Below, piece after piece: positions 38,301 to 51,100 of a DNA stretch of 64,000 nt. This stretch comes from Phoronis australis (lineage: Eukaryota; Animalia; Phoronida), in assembly GCA_002633005.1 (NCBI GenBank), contig NMRA01000015.1:1717766-1781765 (forward strand). Direction: 5' to 3'. How positions within the stretch are numbered: the first letter of the stretch is position 1; each line of letters starts with the position of its first letter. Position numbers and translations under genes: made by a program. The notes below the pieces were generated by a model. The model ran no database searches. It worked only from the letters and a program-made list of their open reading frames with translations, and was not told the DNA's origin.

Positions 38301-41300
38301 AATGTGGAAGGCATTATGTCACAATGTATGGGTTTGAAGACCTTTGATTTTGTTCTTGCTTGAGACCATACTCAGTGCATAAAATGATACGACTTAACAA
38401 GCCATCTTGTCAGGCCTAGTATCTAGCAATAAGAAAGTGTCAGTTCTGTGTAAGTCCATAAATCGCCTCTAATTTGAAACAAGGAACAAACTGGGTCCAA
38501 TTTCAGAGCTCTTACTGATCTCAATCCTGGGGGAAGATGTTGTGAATTATTTGGGGGTGCATGATTCCTCTTCCTAGATACTTAGACACATCAGACCGTG
38601 CATGATAATATATGGACACGAATGTATAGGTGGTTCTAAGATGGGTGTGGATTCAGCTGGCAACTTAGATGTGATTTTTCTCTGTTTCTGTAGGACAAAA
38701 CAATATGTAATTCGAGCTTTGATTGGAGTTTTTTGTTGCAGGACTCATGTACGAAAGAGACTGCCAGCCCACCCTAATGTTGTTGACATGAGGCTAGTGC
38801 TGGTGGGAGACACTCCTCTTCTCACCTCCGCCATAAAAGAGTTCCCTGCTGCCTTACCACAGAGACTGTGTAGCAGTGGCTGTGCAAGGAATAAGACCAT
38901 GTTTATTGTAATGAAAAGGTAGGTCTTGAGTACTGTCATACTATGCTATATTTAGTTATGGTATGTTGACATTATTGTATCGATTGTGATCAAAAGATTT
39001 AGTGGCATTATCTGCCTACCAAGCACTTTATTTCAGGGAGAACAAATATTGTAGCTTTCAAAATGGATCACACAACCTTTTTAGTTATACCGGCTACTTG
39101 TTTTTGTGTACATTCAACGAATGTATAAAGACTTTGTTGCACTGTCGGACGTTTACTGATGTCTGTAAATGTTCTTGTCGTATTTGCAAGTCAGTCATGC
39201 ATACAATGGATCTGATCTTGTTGTGTAACTGCAAATTTGGCTGATCAGCATAGCCTACACAGAGCAAAAATTAATACCTGTGTAACAGTAAGGTAAATTA
39301 TGATAGCTTGTACAGGCACTGATGATCATTGGATTGATTGACCAGGTACCCTATGACCCTGCGTGACTACCTGCACCAAGACCTGCCACAGCCCAGGGAG
39401 TCCACATTACTGTTGGCTCAGTTACTAGAGGCGGTCTGTCATTTCAACCATCACCAGGTGGCGCACAGGGATCTCAAGTCTGACAACATTCTTGTGGAGT
39501 TTTTACATGGTAATAATGTACTTTGTAATCACTTTGTGATACATGGTAATAACGTACTTTGTAATCACTTTGCACAAGTATCTCTAAATGCTCTGCTCTT
39601 GTTATTTGATTTTGTAGTGAATGTATGTAAGGGAGGGGTTGAGAATGTGAAAGCAATTTCTGGGGATGCGCCAATATTTTGAACTTGCCAAATATGTGTC
39701 AATGAATAGCACAGGATCATGTTACTTTGAAATACAGCACATTTATATTTTATTTGCTTTAATTTAACCATCCGTACGGTGTTTAAATTTGAGCGTGTTT
39801 TTGAAAGAATGGTACAAACAAGGGTAAAGTTCACACTGCATGTACATACCTGGGGTGCACCAAATCATTGGAGGTCATCCATGTGTTTATTAGTTAAAAC
39901 CAGAATGACCAGCTTTTATCGCCTGCTACTGCTTTTGCATACTGGAGGAAATATGCTCAAGGTTATCGTTATTTGCTTATGCTAAAATAGTAATATTTTG
40001 ACATCATGCATGGTTCACTTCATTTTTTGCTGATGCCTGTCCCTACATTTTACCTGAAGATTGCACAGTTTTCAATCTTGAGGTCACCTTAGGCGCTCGT
40101 CTCCTACAATCAGATTTAAACTTTGTTCTTCTTTCAGAGGACAGTGCCAGTCTAGTGGTCACTGACTTTGGTTGTTGCATCAGTGACGGTCCCCTGCAGA
40201 TGCCATACTTAAACTACGAAATATCTAAAGGAGGGAATGCAGCTCTGATGGCACCTGAGGTAGGGACAAACTGAACACTACCAAATTTCTATTTGTTTAA
40301 CATTAATTTCTAGCAACTGTTCATTGATCACAGTGTGCAATGAATTTACATACTGTTTAATTTAACTGTGAACAGTTGTAAATGAAGCTATTGTTCAATG
40401 CTAATAACAGTGCATTCTCCTGTCGGCTTGTGAGCTCATTATTAAGGGGTTTATGAACAAATCAATTTGCCTGAGTTTTTACAAGAATTATTTCTATTTG
40501 GAATTTTTGAAAATCAAAATATTGCAGGTCGAGTTGTTTACCTACTGTTACACAAACTTTCTTTAGATCAGCGTGGAGCGTCCCGGTGTAGGTGCCGTAC
40601 TAGACTTCACCAGGTCAGATGTTTGGGCAGTGGGTGCCTTGGCTTATGAAATATTTGGAATGACGAACCCTTTCTACACATGCAAGGATGGTACAAGACT
40701 GGACAGCAGACACTACAAGGAGAGTGATCTTCCATCACTACCTCTACATGTCCCCGTGTCTGTGAAGAAGGTCATCAGTATGCTTCTCAAGAGGTGTCCA
40801 AGACAGGTAACTTTATTCAAAAAGGTTTTGAGACAAGAGTTTTTTATGTGTAATTGATTTTCAAGAGAAGTAATGCAGTTGGAAGGTTTTCTGAAGTGTA
40901 GTGCAGTAGAGTTCAGTATTCCAATTTAATAGACTAGTGTTCTTTATGAATCATTTGACAACAAACTATTGGACTTTGTTAAAATGGAAAATGTTTGTTG
41001 GAATTGCATTGCAGAGTTGCTTAATATTTGGCCTGAAAGCTCTTTCAGGATATACAGAACATCTGTAATATGGATTGGATGCAGTGAGCCATGAGTTGGC
41101 CAGTAGCTGGGGTTGTCTATTCACAACCTGTTTTAATTTGTTTACAGCTGGTTAATGTGTTCTGGTTGTTACAAGAGATTATCTGTTGTTATAAGGCTCT
41201 GCTTGTTGTTGATGCAATTACTTACTTAAGCAGATGCTTATTCTAGAATGGTTGGTTCCTAAATAAGGGATAGAAAGGCTCTGTAATTTCAGTGCAAAAT

Positions 41301-41569
41301 TACATGGAATTGTTTTCTTACAGAGGCCATCAGCTGCAGTTGCTGCCAACATGCTCTACCTTGGCTTGTGGGCCCCTCACTTGCTCAACGAGCCTCCATC
41401 AAAAGCAGACGTGATCTTATGGTTAGCCCAGCTGACCCTAGAGGTTATAGGTCAGAGGTTACAAAACAACAGAACCAGTGTTGAGATGTTGCTGAAGAAA
41501 ATGTTTTTGTCTCGTGTGAACTTGAATGAGATTTTGCAAGCTTTGCATTTGCTTAACAGCAAGGTGTAA
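35365..41569 (+). CDS. PINK1: Serine/threonine kinase PINK1, mitochondrial (9 exons, ~612 aa)
   Basis: Exons 35365-35766, 36434-36575, 37272-37451, 37848-38013, 38742-38918, 39346-39509, 40138-40259, 40567-40806, 41324-41569 (1839 nt). LLGLLGVSF hydrophobic segment, IAKGCHAAVYEA, LAVKVMFNYDTESNA, HPNVV, FPAALPQRL, AHRDLKSDNIL, DFGCC, GGNAALMAPE, SDVWAVGALAYEIFG..NPFY, LWAP C-terminal region. Confidence 0.93.
39504..39572 (+). repeat. 36-bp-period duplication spanning a PINK1 donor site
   Basis: tacatggtaataa(t/c)gtactttgtaatcactttg twice. Confidence 0.9.
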
Positions 41570-42178
41570 ATTCATAGTCTACACAACATGTCAGTTTGAT
41601 TTCTATTATAGTTTAGGATGGAAAACTGTTCACAGTTAAAGATTTTTCAGTAAGTTGATATTCAAGAAGCCAGGTACAATACTATATGCGCTACAATTTG
41701 TGTTGGTAATACTTTGGTTCTTAAAATTAAGTTATTTAATTTGTGTTTAGTTTCAGTAAGAAGTGTCAAATGTTAATAAATGAAATGTTTAACCTTTGTA
41801 AGGCATAACAACAAAATTGCTCTGTTGTTTGTTCATTGGTGATGAACAATGCATCTGTTATTCTAGAAGTTCTGAATTGTGTGGCAATAACTAAGATTAA
41901 GAACTTTGACAACGGTGTTACTCGGTGAAAAATGAAAATGTTTTTGTTATTTTTCCTCTTAGTTCACTTAAAATGAACACCAGTTATGTTTCAATTTGTT
42001 TTGGTTCACAATTACTTGCTTGATGAAATCAAAAAATTGTTGTTTTTTACTGTTACCAAACGAACACCAATAATGTTTGAAAATGTTTTAATAAATAAAT
42101 CCTTGTTGACTCCATGAATTTGGAAATTTACAGTATATTGTCTCTTCTGCATTGCTTTGAACATTCGGCATTCTATGT

Positions 42179-45100
42179 TCATTTCTTTGTCTTAACTTTT
42201 ATCCAGTCGTCAATTTTCTTCTTCAAATCAGGAACTGAAACAGAATAAGCTATAGGTCAACACTTCAGACGTGACTGGCGAAAAATGTAACACAATAGGG
42301 CCCTTGATGTCTCAATTCTGGGACTGAATATCACCCTAATTCTTTGCTCGAAAACAATTAAAAATCACATGAAAGTCCCCTCTCTCAGCCCAAAAATCCC
42401 CTCTAGGTTAAAATCAAATTGGAATTGAAATTATACATTCCACTTGACATCAAACGGGTTTTATTCACTGCAAAAGTCATTCACTTTTTAGCCATGTAAC
42501 AACCTGGATGTAAAAAACTGCATGTGGCTCTAGTAACTACATAGTATCTACTGGCTCACTAGGGGCAGTGAGAGTGAGAGTGAGAGTGACTGGTCTAGTT
42601 ACAGTACAATAACAGCCAGAAAAATATTTCCAGATTTTGAGCTATGGAATTGAAAACACCAAAAATGCTTGGGTTCTGCCTTAAAGCCCTGTGCATCACC
42701 ATCTCCAACACTATTGTTGTTCCTCTTTTGGAATAGGACCCTTTGTTTTGGTGCGGCTATAAACCAGCATTCTGCCTAAGTGGCAAATTTTTGATATACA
42801 ACTATAAAACTAGTCTCGGATGATTTTAGGACGTGCAAAGAATCAAAACTGTTATTTGTTGAGACCATGCTTGGCGCATAGAGTGACACCATGACCAGTC
42901 AACTTGTAGAACTTGATCTCGAGCAGTAACGAACTATGACTGAGGAACAATTTGAGACTAATGTCATTATAGTAAGTTGCTACTTGTGATGGATGGTGGG
43001 TTTATAGTTACTTTGTATAGCACAAGTCACGGGTCTACAGTTACACAAGATAACAACAGTGAACAAATGGAGTTCACAGACTGAGTTGTCACTGTAACTT
43101 GATGTGACCATTGCAAAACCTAATTATCACGACCTAATTAGCAGACTTTAAGGACTTGACAATGCCAAGACAGTACCGTCCTACCTGGTTCTAACATGTC
43201 CTCGGATAGATGCTGCCTATTGAAAGGGTCTGTGGCCGAGTTGAGCAGATGTCGATGTATAATTGGTCGGTCCATGATAGCACCACTGGGTAGTTTGACA
43301 GGGTCGGTCATCAGAGTGTCCATCAGAGGATCTATGAACATTAAATAATGGAACATCAACAAAGTGCTACTGTTCACATACTTCTACAGTAAGTTAAAAT
43401 TTAAAAAAATATTACAGCTGTTAAGTTCAACCTAGAATCACTTGTCATTTGATGGAAAGATAAGTCGATGCTCATCAATTCACTTTTGTCAAGTAATGTG
43501 GACAGATTGGTTGACAAAACAAGATAGCAACATGCTGAGCAAAGAAACATGACCTGACCTTTGAACTCATCTGGTATATCGCCGTAATCCATCTCCGCCT
43601 GGCTCTTGGCTACAAGTATCTCTTCAACTTTAGTCTGTATACTGTGGAACTGTTCTACCTCTATGGGTGTCTTGATATCGGCCTTCACCATGCGTGCGAT
43701 GGCGTCATCAAACAACTCTTTGTTATATGATCTCTGAAAGTGTCATTAAAGGGATATCTGATTTAAAAAAGTGCTTCTCAAATTTTGCATGATTTCCCCG
43801 ACACTGAGTTGATAACTAAAATATCTTGGTTTATCAAATAAGTACCTGCTGAAGAAAATGAAACCAAGAGGGACATCTAGTAATTAATTGAGTTTGGCTT
43901 AGATGCTCTTTTGTCTAATTACTAACTATAATAACCCAGGGCTGTGTTGCATGAAACTTGTCCACTGGATAATTTTATTGTTGCAACGACAGCGTGATGC
44001 ACCATAGTGTGATGTCACTGCTGTTATAACATACATGCAACAGGGACCAGTGCCAGGTTGCATATAACAGTCCCCACTAGGGACTCTACCAAGTTCCCTA
44101 ACTCTGCGGTGTATTAAAAGCATGAAAATTTTGAGACATACAGTTGAGAAAACAGATCAGCCTCCCGTTCAGTAACGCTAGGACCTAGCTTAAAAGCAAG
44201 ACTTTGCGAGATTACGCGAGATATTGCCGTGTATTTTAAATAAGAACACGTGACCTTGACTAGCTTTTGGCTAGGTCCTAGCGTAGGTCCTAGCGTCTAC
44301 TGAACGCACGCCAAGTTTGTGTATAATACTAGAATAAAAACTAACAAAAATTAGCGACGTTGCGTCCCCATCTCACTTATGATTCGGATATTTTTAGCCA
44401 CCTGTGCACCACTGGACAAGATTTCAATACTGATGATGTCACTATCCTAGACTGTGAGGAAGACTGGTTCAGAAGGGGTGTAAAGGAAGCTCTCCATGAG
44501 CCCATTGACAGTCCCTCTTTAAATAAAAGAGGCGGTTTAAGATTCGATTTGTCACAAGTATGGGATGGTGTTCTGATGTCAATGCCACGCCGTCTGGTCA
44601 AAACGCCACCAATTGGCCAGAATAACGATAACGTCACAAGCCAAGATGAAGTCCGTGAGATGCAGACGCAACGTCGCTAAGTTTTTATTCCAGTATTAGA
44701 CTCAAACTTGATCAACAGTGTATTTGTGGGCCTGTGAAAACACTGATGGTCCTTTCTTATCCTCTTTGAGTTTCATTACTACTAATAAGTCAATTTTTGG
44801 CTTTGATACAAATCGAGAGTGAAGTCTATGAAGAATTCTCAATATTATTGAAAATAAGTAGGGAACTTTTCATGAAACGTCACTAATTTAAGGACTAAGT
44901 GTTTGGTCATATGATCAGTTAATGTCATTACTCAAAGAACAGCTCATAACAAATACAAAATAATAGAAAAAATATGAAACAAATTCGCAAAAGATTCAGA
45001 TAACTTGAATGAATCCCTATTTGGGAATGTTTCATGGAACCAGGCACAGAACTATAATTACACACAATCGTTTACACACAGTAAGTCAACACAAGTTGAA

Positions 45101-48100
45101 AACTGTAATTTGCCCTTGGCAAAACAGAAAAACTCGCCTAAGTTAGGAGAACATAGTTGTATCTTCGCTCAACTAGCAGTACAATCACTCTATTTCGTCC
45201 AACCATCCTCACCACCTTACTAAAATATATTGGTCTGAAATGAGTGCCGTAGATTCTACAGAATCTCAAGTAAACCTAGTTTGATCAGACTTGCACAATC
45301 ATGTGATTTCGTGAGCGCATTACAACTACGAAACAGATGCCTGGTTGCATCCTACATCATCATCTTACTGTTCCTGCCTATCACAAGACCTACCTCATCA
45401 TTGGCGATGGCCTGGGCAAACTGTTGCCTGTACTGACCACTGTCCAGATGGAGATAGATGTCGGTCAGCTGGTTCAACAACTTCTTTGGTTCCCAGCCGT
45501 ACTTGTCCGCCTTCTTCACCTTCAAGTCTTTACACTTCTTGCCACAAAGCTGCTTGAGGTTATAATTCAACATGGCTGCCAGACGGTCGGCTAACTCCTG
45601 GCAATGAACACAAAACAAGGTTACCTGGCTCATGAACACAGACACACAACAGGGAGGAAACGTTAGATAGTTCGATAATACAGACACAGCAAGGCAGCTA
45701 GCTATTACAACAAATCACAGCAGGGTCAGCTTGTTCCAGAACACGAAGAACATACATTTGACCAACAATGACATGTAACATTTAAGTCAGACATTTAGTT
45801 CGATGCTCCAACTCTACATTTACTGAATGAAGGTTTAAATTAGCCATGGAAGTACTGGCACATCATAGCCTAGAAAAAAATCATAGAAATTATCTCAGTA
45901 ACCAGCAGTTATGGGAATGTTGCTATATTATAAAGTGAGTTTTAATTAGCTTTCAGAAATAGTTATGTGGAGTGCTTTAACAGATCCCAGAACACAACAG
46001 CTAGGTCAGTCTGTGTTTGAATACAAGCTCACGGTAGCTAATTCAAATAGTGCAGGACAGATATAAAACAGCTCGTTATGTAACACGAATACAGAACACC
46101 TATGTCTGATAACTCCTAACTACAGACATGTCAGCTCTCCAACACAAACAGCAATTATATCTTTTACAGCTTACACCAACAGCTGGCCTCAAGTTTCTCC
46201 ACTGACAGTACATGTTTTCTAACGGGTAATTTCTAACCAAAAGCATTGCTTTTTAAGCCGGACAATGAAATAATTCTGGAATAAATATTCTTTTACATCA
46301 ATTACATTTTAATACACATTGCAAGGTCAAATACGAAGTAGTTCCACACCCACCAAGTCCAAAAACACCACTTACTGGTACAAGGAAGGGCCCGTGTATT
46401 CTGTTGGTGAGGTAGTGAAACATGTCAACGGTCTCTGCAGCCAGAGTTAGATAGGAGCGACACTGACGCTCATCCTGGCTTAACTGTCTGTTCCTTGCTT
46501 GCTGCTGCTCCTAAGGATGACAAGTGATAAGTTAGGTGGTCAGACATGGCGTTTGTGGTCAGACCTGTGGTTTGTGGGCAGACGTGAGGTTTGTGGTCAA
46601 GCATAGGGTTGATTATACAACCAATGACCATGTAACTACCCAAAGTTGTCTATGAATGGTATAAAACACTTACTTGAATGTATTTGTCCTTAACAGCTGC
46701 AAGGCAAATCACGAGGCTCCAACCTTAAATACACCCCTCAGTTTACCCTACCAAATCACATTGGTCAGTACACACTTCCTCAGTTTACCCTACCAGATCA
46801 CATTGGTCAGTACACACTTCCTCAGTTTACCCTACCAGATCACATTGGTCAGTACACACTTCCTCAGTTTACCCTACCAGATCACATTGGTCAGTACACA
46901 CTTCCTGAGTTTACCCTACCAGATCACATTGGTCAGTACACACTTCCTCAGTTTACCCTACCAGACCACATTGGTCAGTACACACTTCCCATATTTGTAG
47001 CCTCATGGTAGTCCAACATGTCAGCTAACGCATACAACATCTCTAACAAAACAGTCAAACACACACCAACACAAAGCTCAGTCTGTCCCTTTACCTTTAT
47101 GCACCCCTCAACATAACCAGGCCGACCCCTTCTCGCCCCAAGACCCTCACAATGGTCAATCTACCCATACTCCTTAACACACAACATACACTGGTCAGTG
47201 CATCCCCCTTTCCCCTCAGTTATCCCTTTATCACACTTCCCACAATAGACATTGCCAGCCGTCGGCCTATTGACTTTCCCCTTTTATCCTTTTTTGCCAA
47301 AATTTCCTGCCATCTTCAGATAAATCCCTTAGCCCTCCCACAATACAACACCCAAAGTGGACAGCATAGTGGTCAGCTTGACCCTTCTTCCTTACTAGGC
47401 TCAATTTGTCCCAATTCTCTTTATTCTCCATCAGTTCTTGCGCCTCATGGATACTCTTTAGTGTGACCAAGCTTTCGTCCAATAGGAACGTAGTATCGTT
47501 CATCAACATGTTAATGAAGCGAATGAACTGTTTACCAGAGCTGAAACGAACAGTAAGACAAAAACTGTATCATTAATCCGACAACTTTGTTGCCAATGCG
47601 GTAAAATCTCACAAACTTTGTATAAATGTAATAGGTCATTTTTCATTTTACAAAAACTTCTCAACATTGTTGTAAATGGCCACAGTTTCTTAAAACATTG
47701 TACAATGGTAACTATGAAATAGAGCTTTAGACTCATAAAGCCTTTATTTTGAGTTACTTATCTTTTTTATTTGCCTGGCATATTGTGTGTAAACTGGTGG
47801 TCTTCTACTGTATGAATAGAGTTATTAGCCTGGCATATTGTGTGTAAACTGGTGGTATGTTACTGTGTTAATAGAGTTGAAAGTAAATGCAGCCCGATTT
47901 CCACAACTAACACCTGACCACAGTCAACGTACAACTAAATGTGGCCAGGACAATCAAAACCCTGGGAACAATGTTGGCCGTCAAGCAACATTAGCAGTCT
48001 TACTTACTTGGCTTCTGAAATGATCTTCATCTGATGATTTGGTATATTCCATAGCGTTTTCATAATGTTGCTAATGTGATATCGGATACTAAACTTGTCA

Positions 48101-51100
48101 TAAAATTCACTGCTGGCTCCAGTAGTCTCAATGTCTGAAAACAGAAGCAGCAACAAATGAGCAGCACCCTTCAGATACCATGGCAGTATTGCACAATACA
48201 TGACTATTAACTGTTCTAGTAATAAACATAAAAGTATAAAAGTGTAGGGCCCTCGACAGCTCGATTTTGGGTCCAAATATCAGCCTCATTCCCCTCTGAA
48301 AAACATTGTATTTCAAGAAACCTATTCAGCTTACAACATTGTATTTGAACAACATGTTCATCGAGTCAGTACGCACTGAACCATACCGCAGCTTTTTATT
48401 GATATTTAAACAGAGACATAAGGGAATCATAAAATTTTTAAAAACAACACAAGTCTTCACCTTTGATGGTCAATAACTTGGTTGTCAGAGCATTAATAAA
48501 AATCTGTGACACAAACCGCGATAGAGAGAAAACAAAAATGCATCATGTCATGCAAATCAACCAGAACACTAACAGAGAAAATGATTTCAAAACTACTAAC
48601 GGACACGAAAGAAAACATTCAATTGAAACAATCTTTCTCGTGACTTAGCACTGCGCAATCATCGAGATCTGAACTAAATTCTAATCCAACCGACACAATT
48701 CCATGCTCACCGACATAAAACTTCATGAGTGCCGACGGGAGGTGTTGACACGCGATAGGATGAGTGAGGGCCATCTCACAGATGGCCTCAGTGTTTCTCT
48801 GAATGGCAGGGTTAATGATGAAGAGCACCTCAATAAGCTTAGCTGTGAGGTAGGGATTGTTGACGTAGTGACTGCTACAGATGAACACTAGCAGGAACGT
48901 GATGATGTCCTGGACACATGGGTCAGTGAGCACTGCTGGCTGGAATCTAAAGAGGATATAACTTAGGTTACGCGATGGAGACGTCAGTTTAAAGAGCGTA
49001 CATGACAGAGGCTAGAGGATACATGTTAGGAATGAAGATCAAATAATTTACAAGTTACAGTAATGAGACATCTTGGTTTTAAGGGATCAAATTTCTCAGA
49101 TCACTTTATAAAAATATTCATAGTAGAACCATTCAAATTAAAAAAATTTAAAACCCCTGGCGAGCTGTGAACTCCGCTGTCAAAAATTAAGACGTCAAGC
49201 TCCTTGGCAAAACCGTCTTTATTTCCGACATGACCTATAAGGATAAAAGTCTTTAAAAGAAAATCCCAGACATGCCTTTGTTGCTAACAGAATTGCAAAC
49301 TTCGTATGAAAACAATTGAGTTTGTGGAAAATTTAACTATCTTTAAGATAAAATCATATTTTAGAAATTTGATTTTGTTAATAAAGGTATCCAATTACCT
49401 TAAACTACCATCATGCCATCCCATAACTGACCCATATATTTGTATAAAACCTTTGATAGTATCAATAGCTCATAAATTTGAAAAAAACATCACTTACTGA
49501 ATAACAAACAGTAAGAAGTCGGCAATGTCCTCCATGTAATACTCCGGCAGGGCAGCGAAAGCTCCAGGTACTTCATTGGGCAATGGCAGATCTGGCCTGG
49601 GAAACAGCAAGCAGTAATGGTCACAAACATACTATCAGCTGTCACATAACTCATAGTCAAGTTATGCTTAGTACGTGACAGTGTAGTTCTCAACAATTTT
49701 AATTGTCAAGAACTAAACACAAAACATTTGAATTTGTGGCTATGTCATTTTAAAATGTCAACAATGAAAATTTCATATGCTGTAGACATTGAGTAGATGT
49801 TAGAGTCAGAGTGAAGGACACCAAAGATAAGCTGCATCAGCCTATCAGCATCAACCACAAGTCATATCTTGCCAAGTGTCTCCACCCCCCAGCATTTTGA
49901 ATAGTTGCCACCAGATGGCAGAGGAACCCTCAGTAACAATGCCCCAAATTATCACCCAGCCTTGAATCACTCAATGCAAGTCTGCTTCATAAAAACAAGG
50001 AACAACTGACAGTCTCCCCGTGGTGGGAATTTCACAAAAATTAGAAGCCTGTCTCAATCAGCAGGTTGACTATAACGTGTAAATGAAGACCACAGATCAC
50101 AGACGTAGGTCTAACCTTGTACTCGAAATCACTCAGAATCATTTTTAATTTGTCCATTCTGGTTTTGTACAAACTCACGATACATACCAGTTATTCTGTG
50201 CTGAAGTATGGATTACGTGGATAACTGACTATCTCTAGTTTGCACTTGATGACCCCAGCACTAAAGTTATAAAGTCGAATCTTTTATAGCAGTTTGTAAG
50301 TGAATCTAGAGGTCATCGAGTACAAACTTGAAATAGAAAGTTGTCCACATAAACCATAATTTACCTAGCACAGAATAATAGACACGTCCTGAGTTTGCAT
50401 AAAAATAGAACATAATTTCAAGTTCAATTTTGGTAGAAAGATTAGACGCTGGGCACTGAAAGCAAAGTAAACTCACAGTTTGTCGGGAGATACAAGTTTC
50501 ATGATGTACTGTACGATATTGGAGTAAAAATGCAGACAACGCCTTAGCAGGGAGTCATCCAGAAGTCCAGCGTCTGCGCACAGTTTGGCCTTGTGAAGTT
50601 TCTGGAACAAATAACATGGCTGCATGACAACCGAGAGGTCACCGGACTGTTGAATCCCAAGCCCCATAGCCCAAGCAAATGGTTCAAAATCCCATCTCCT
50701 CCTTAGTTCTGACATTTTTTGCTCCACTATAAAATGAACTCAACATGAGTGTTTTTGATATTGTTCTTGTCTGTGCGATGGTTTACATGAATTAATAATA
50801 CACGCTTGCATTTTGACATTCAAACTTCAAACTCAAAATATCAAACATAAATTGCAATTTCAACACTAAAAGCTCATATTGTGGTACTCAGGGTTGTAGT
50901 GCACTAAAACGACAAAATTATCCCCAACATTAGGTGTAGAACAGTTACCCAGTAATTTTACCAACAACACTCTTAACTTTTCAATATCAATAAGCATTCT
51001 TCCTTCATTTAATAAATCCTGTATCTAGAACCACACTGGAAATGAATTTTCAAAACTTTCTTGCATGTAACCAACATCACCATAACACTGGATCAGAACA

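Noticed and set aside
46674-47000. 108-aa repeat ORF, or a CRISPR-like array
   Set aside because: Contiguous 42-bp units with no unique spacers and no cas genes; the ORF exists because the unit is a stop-free multiple of 3, antisense within an intron.
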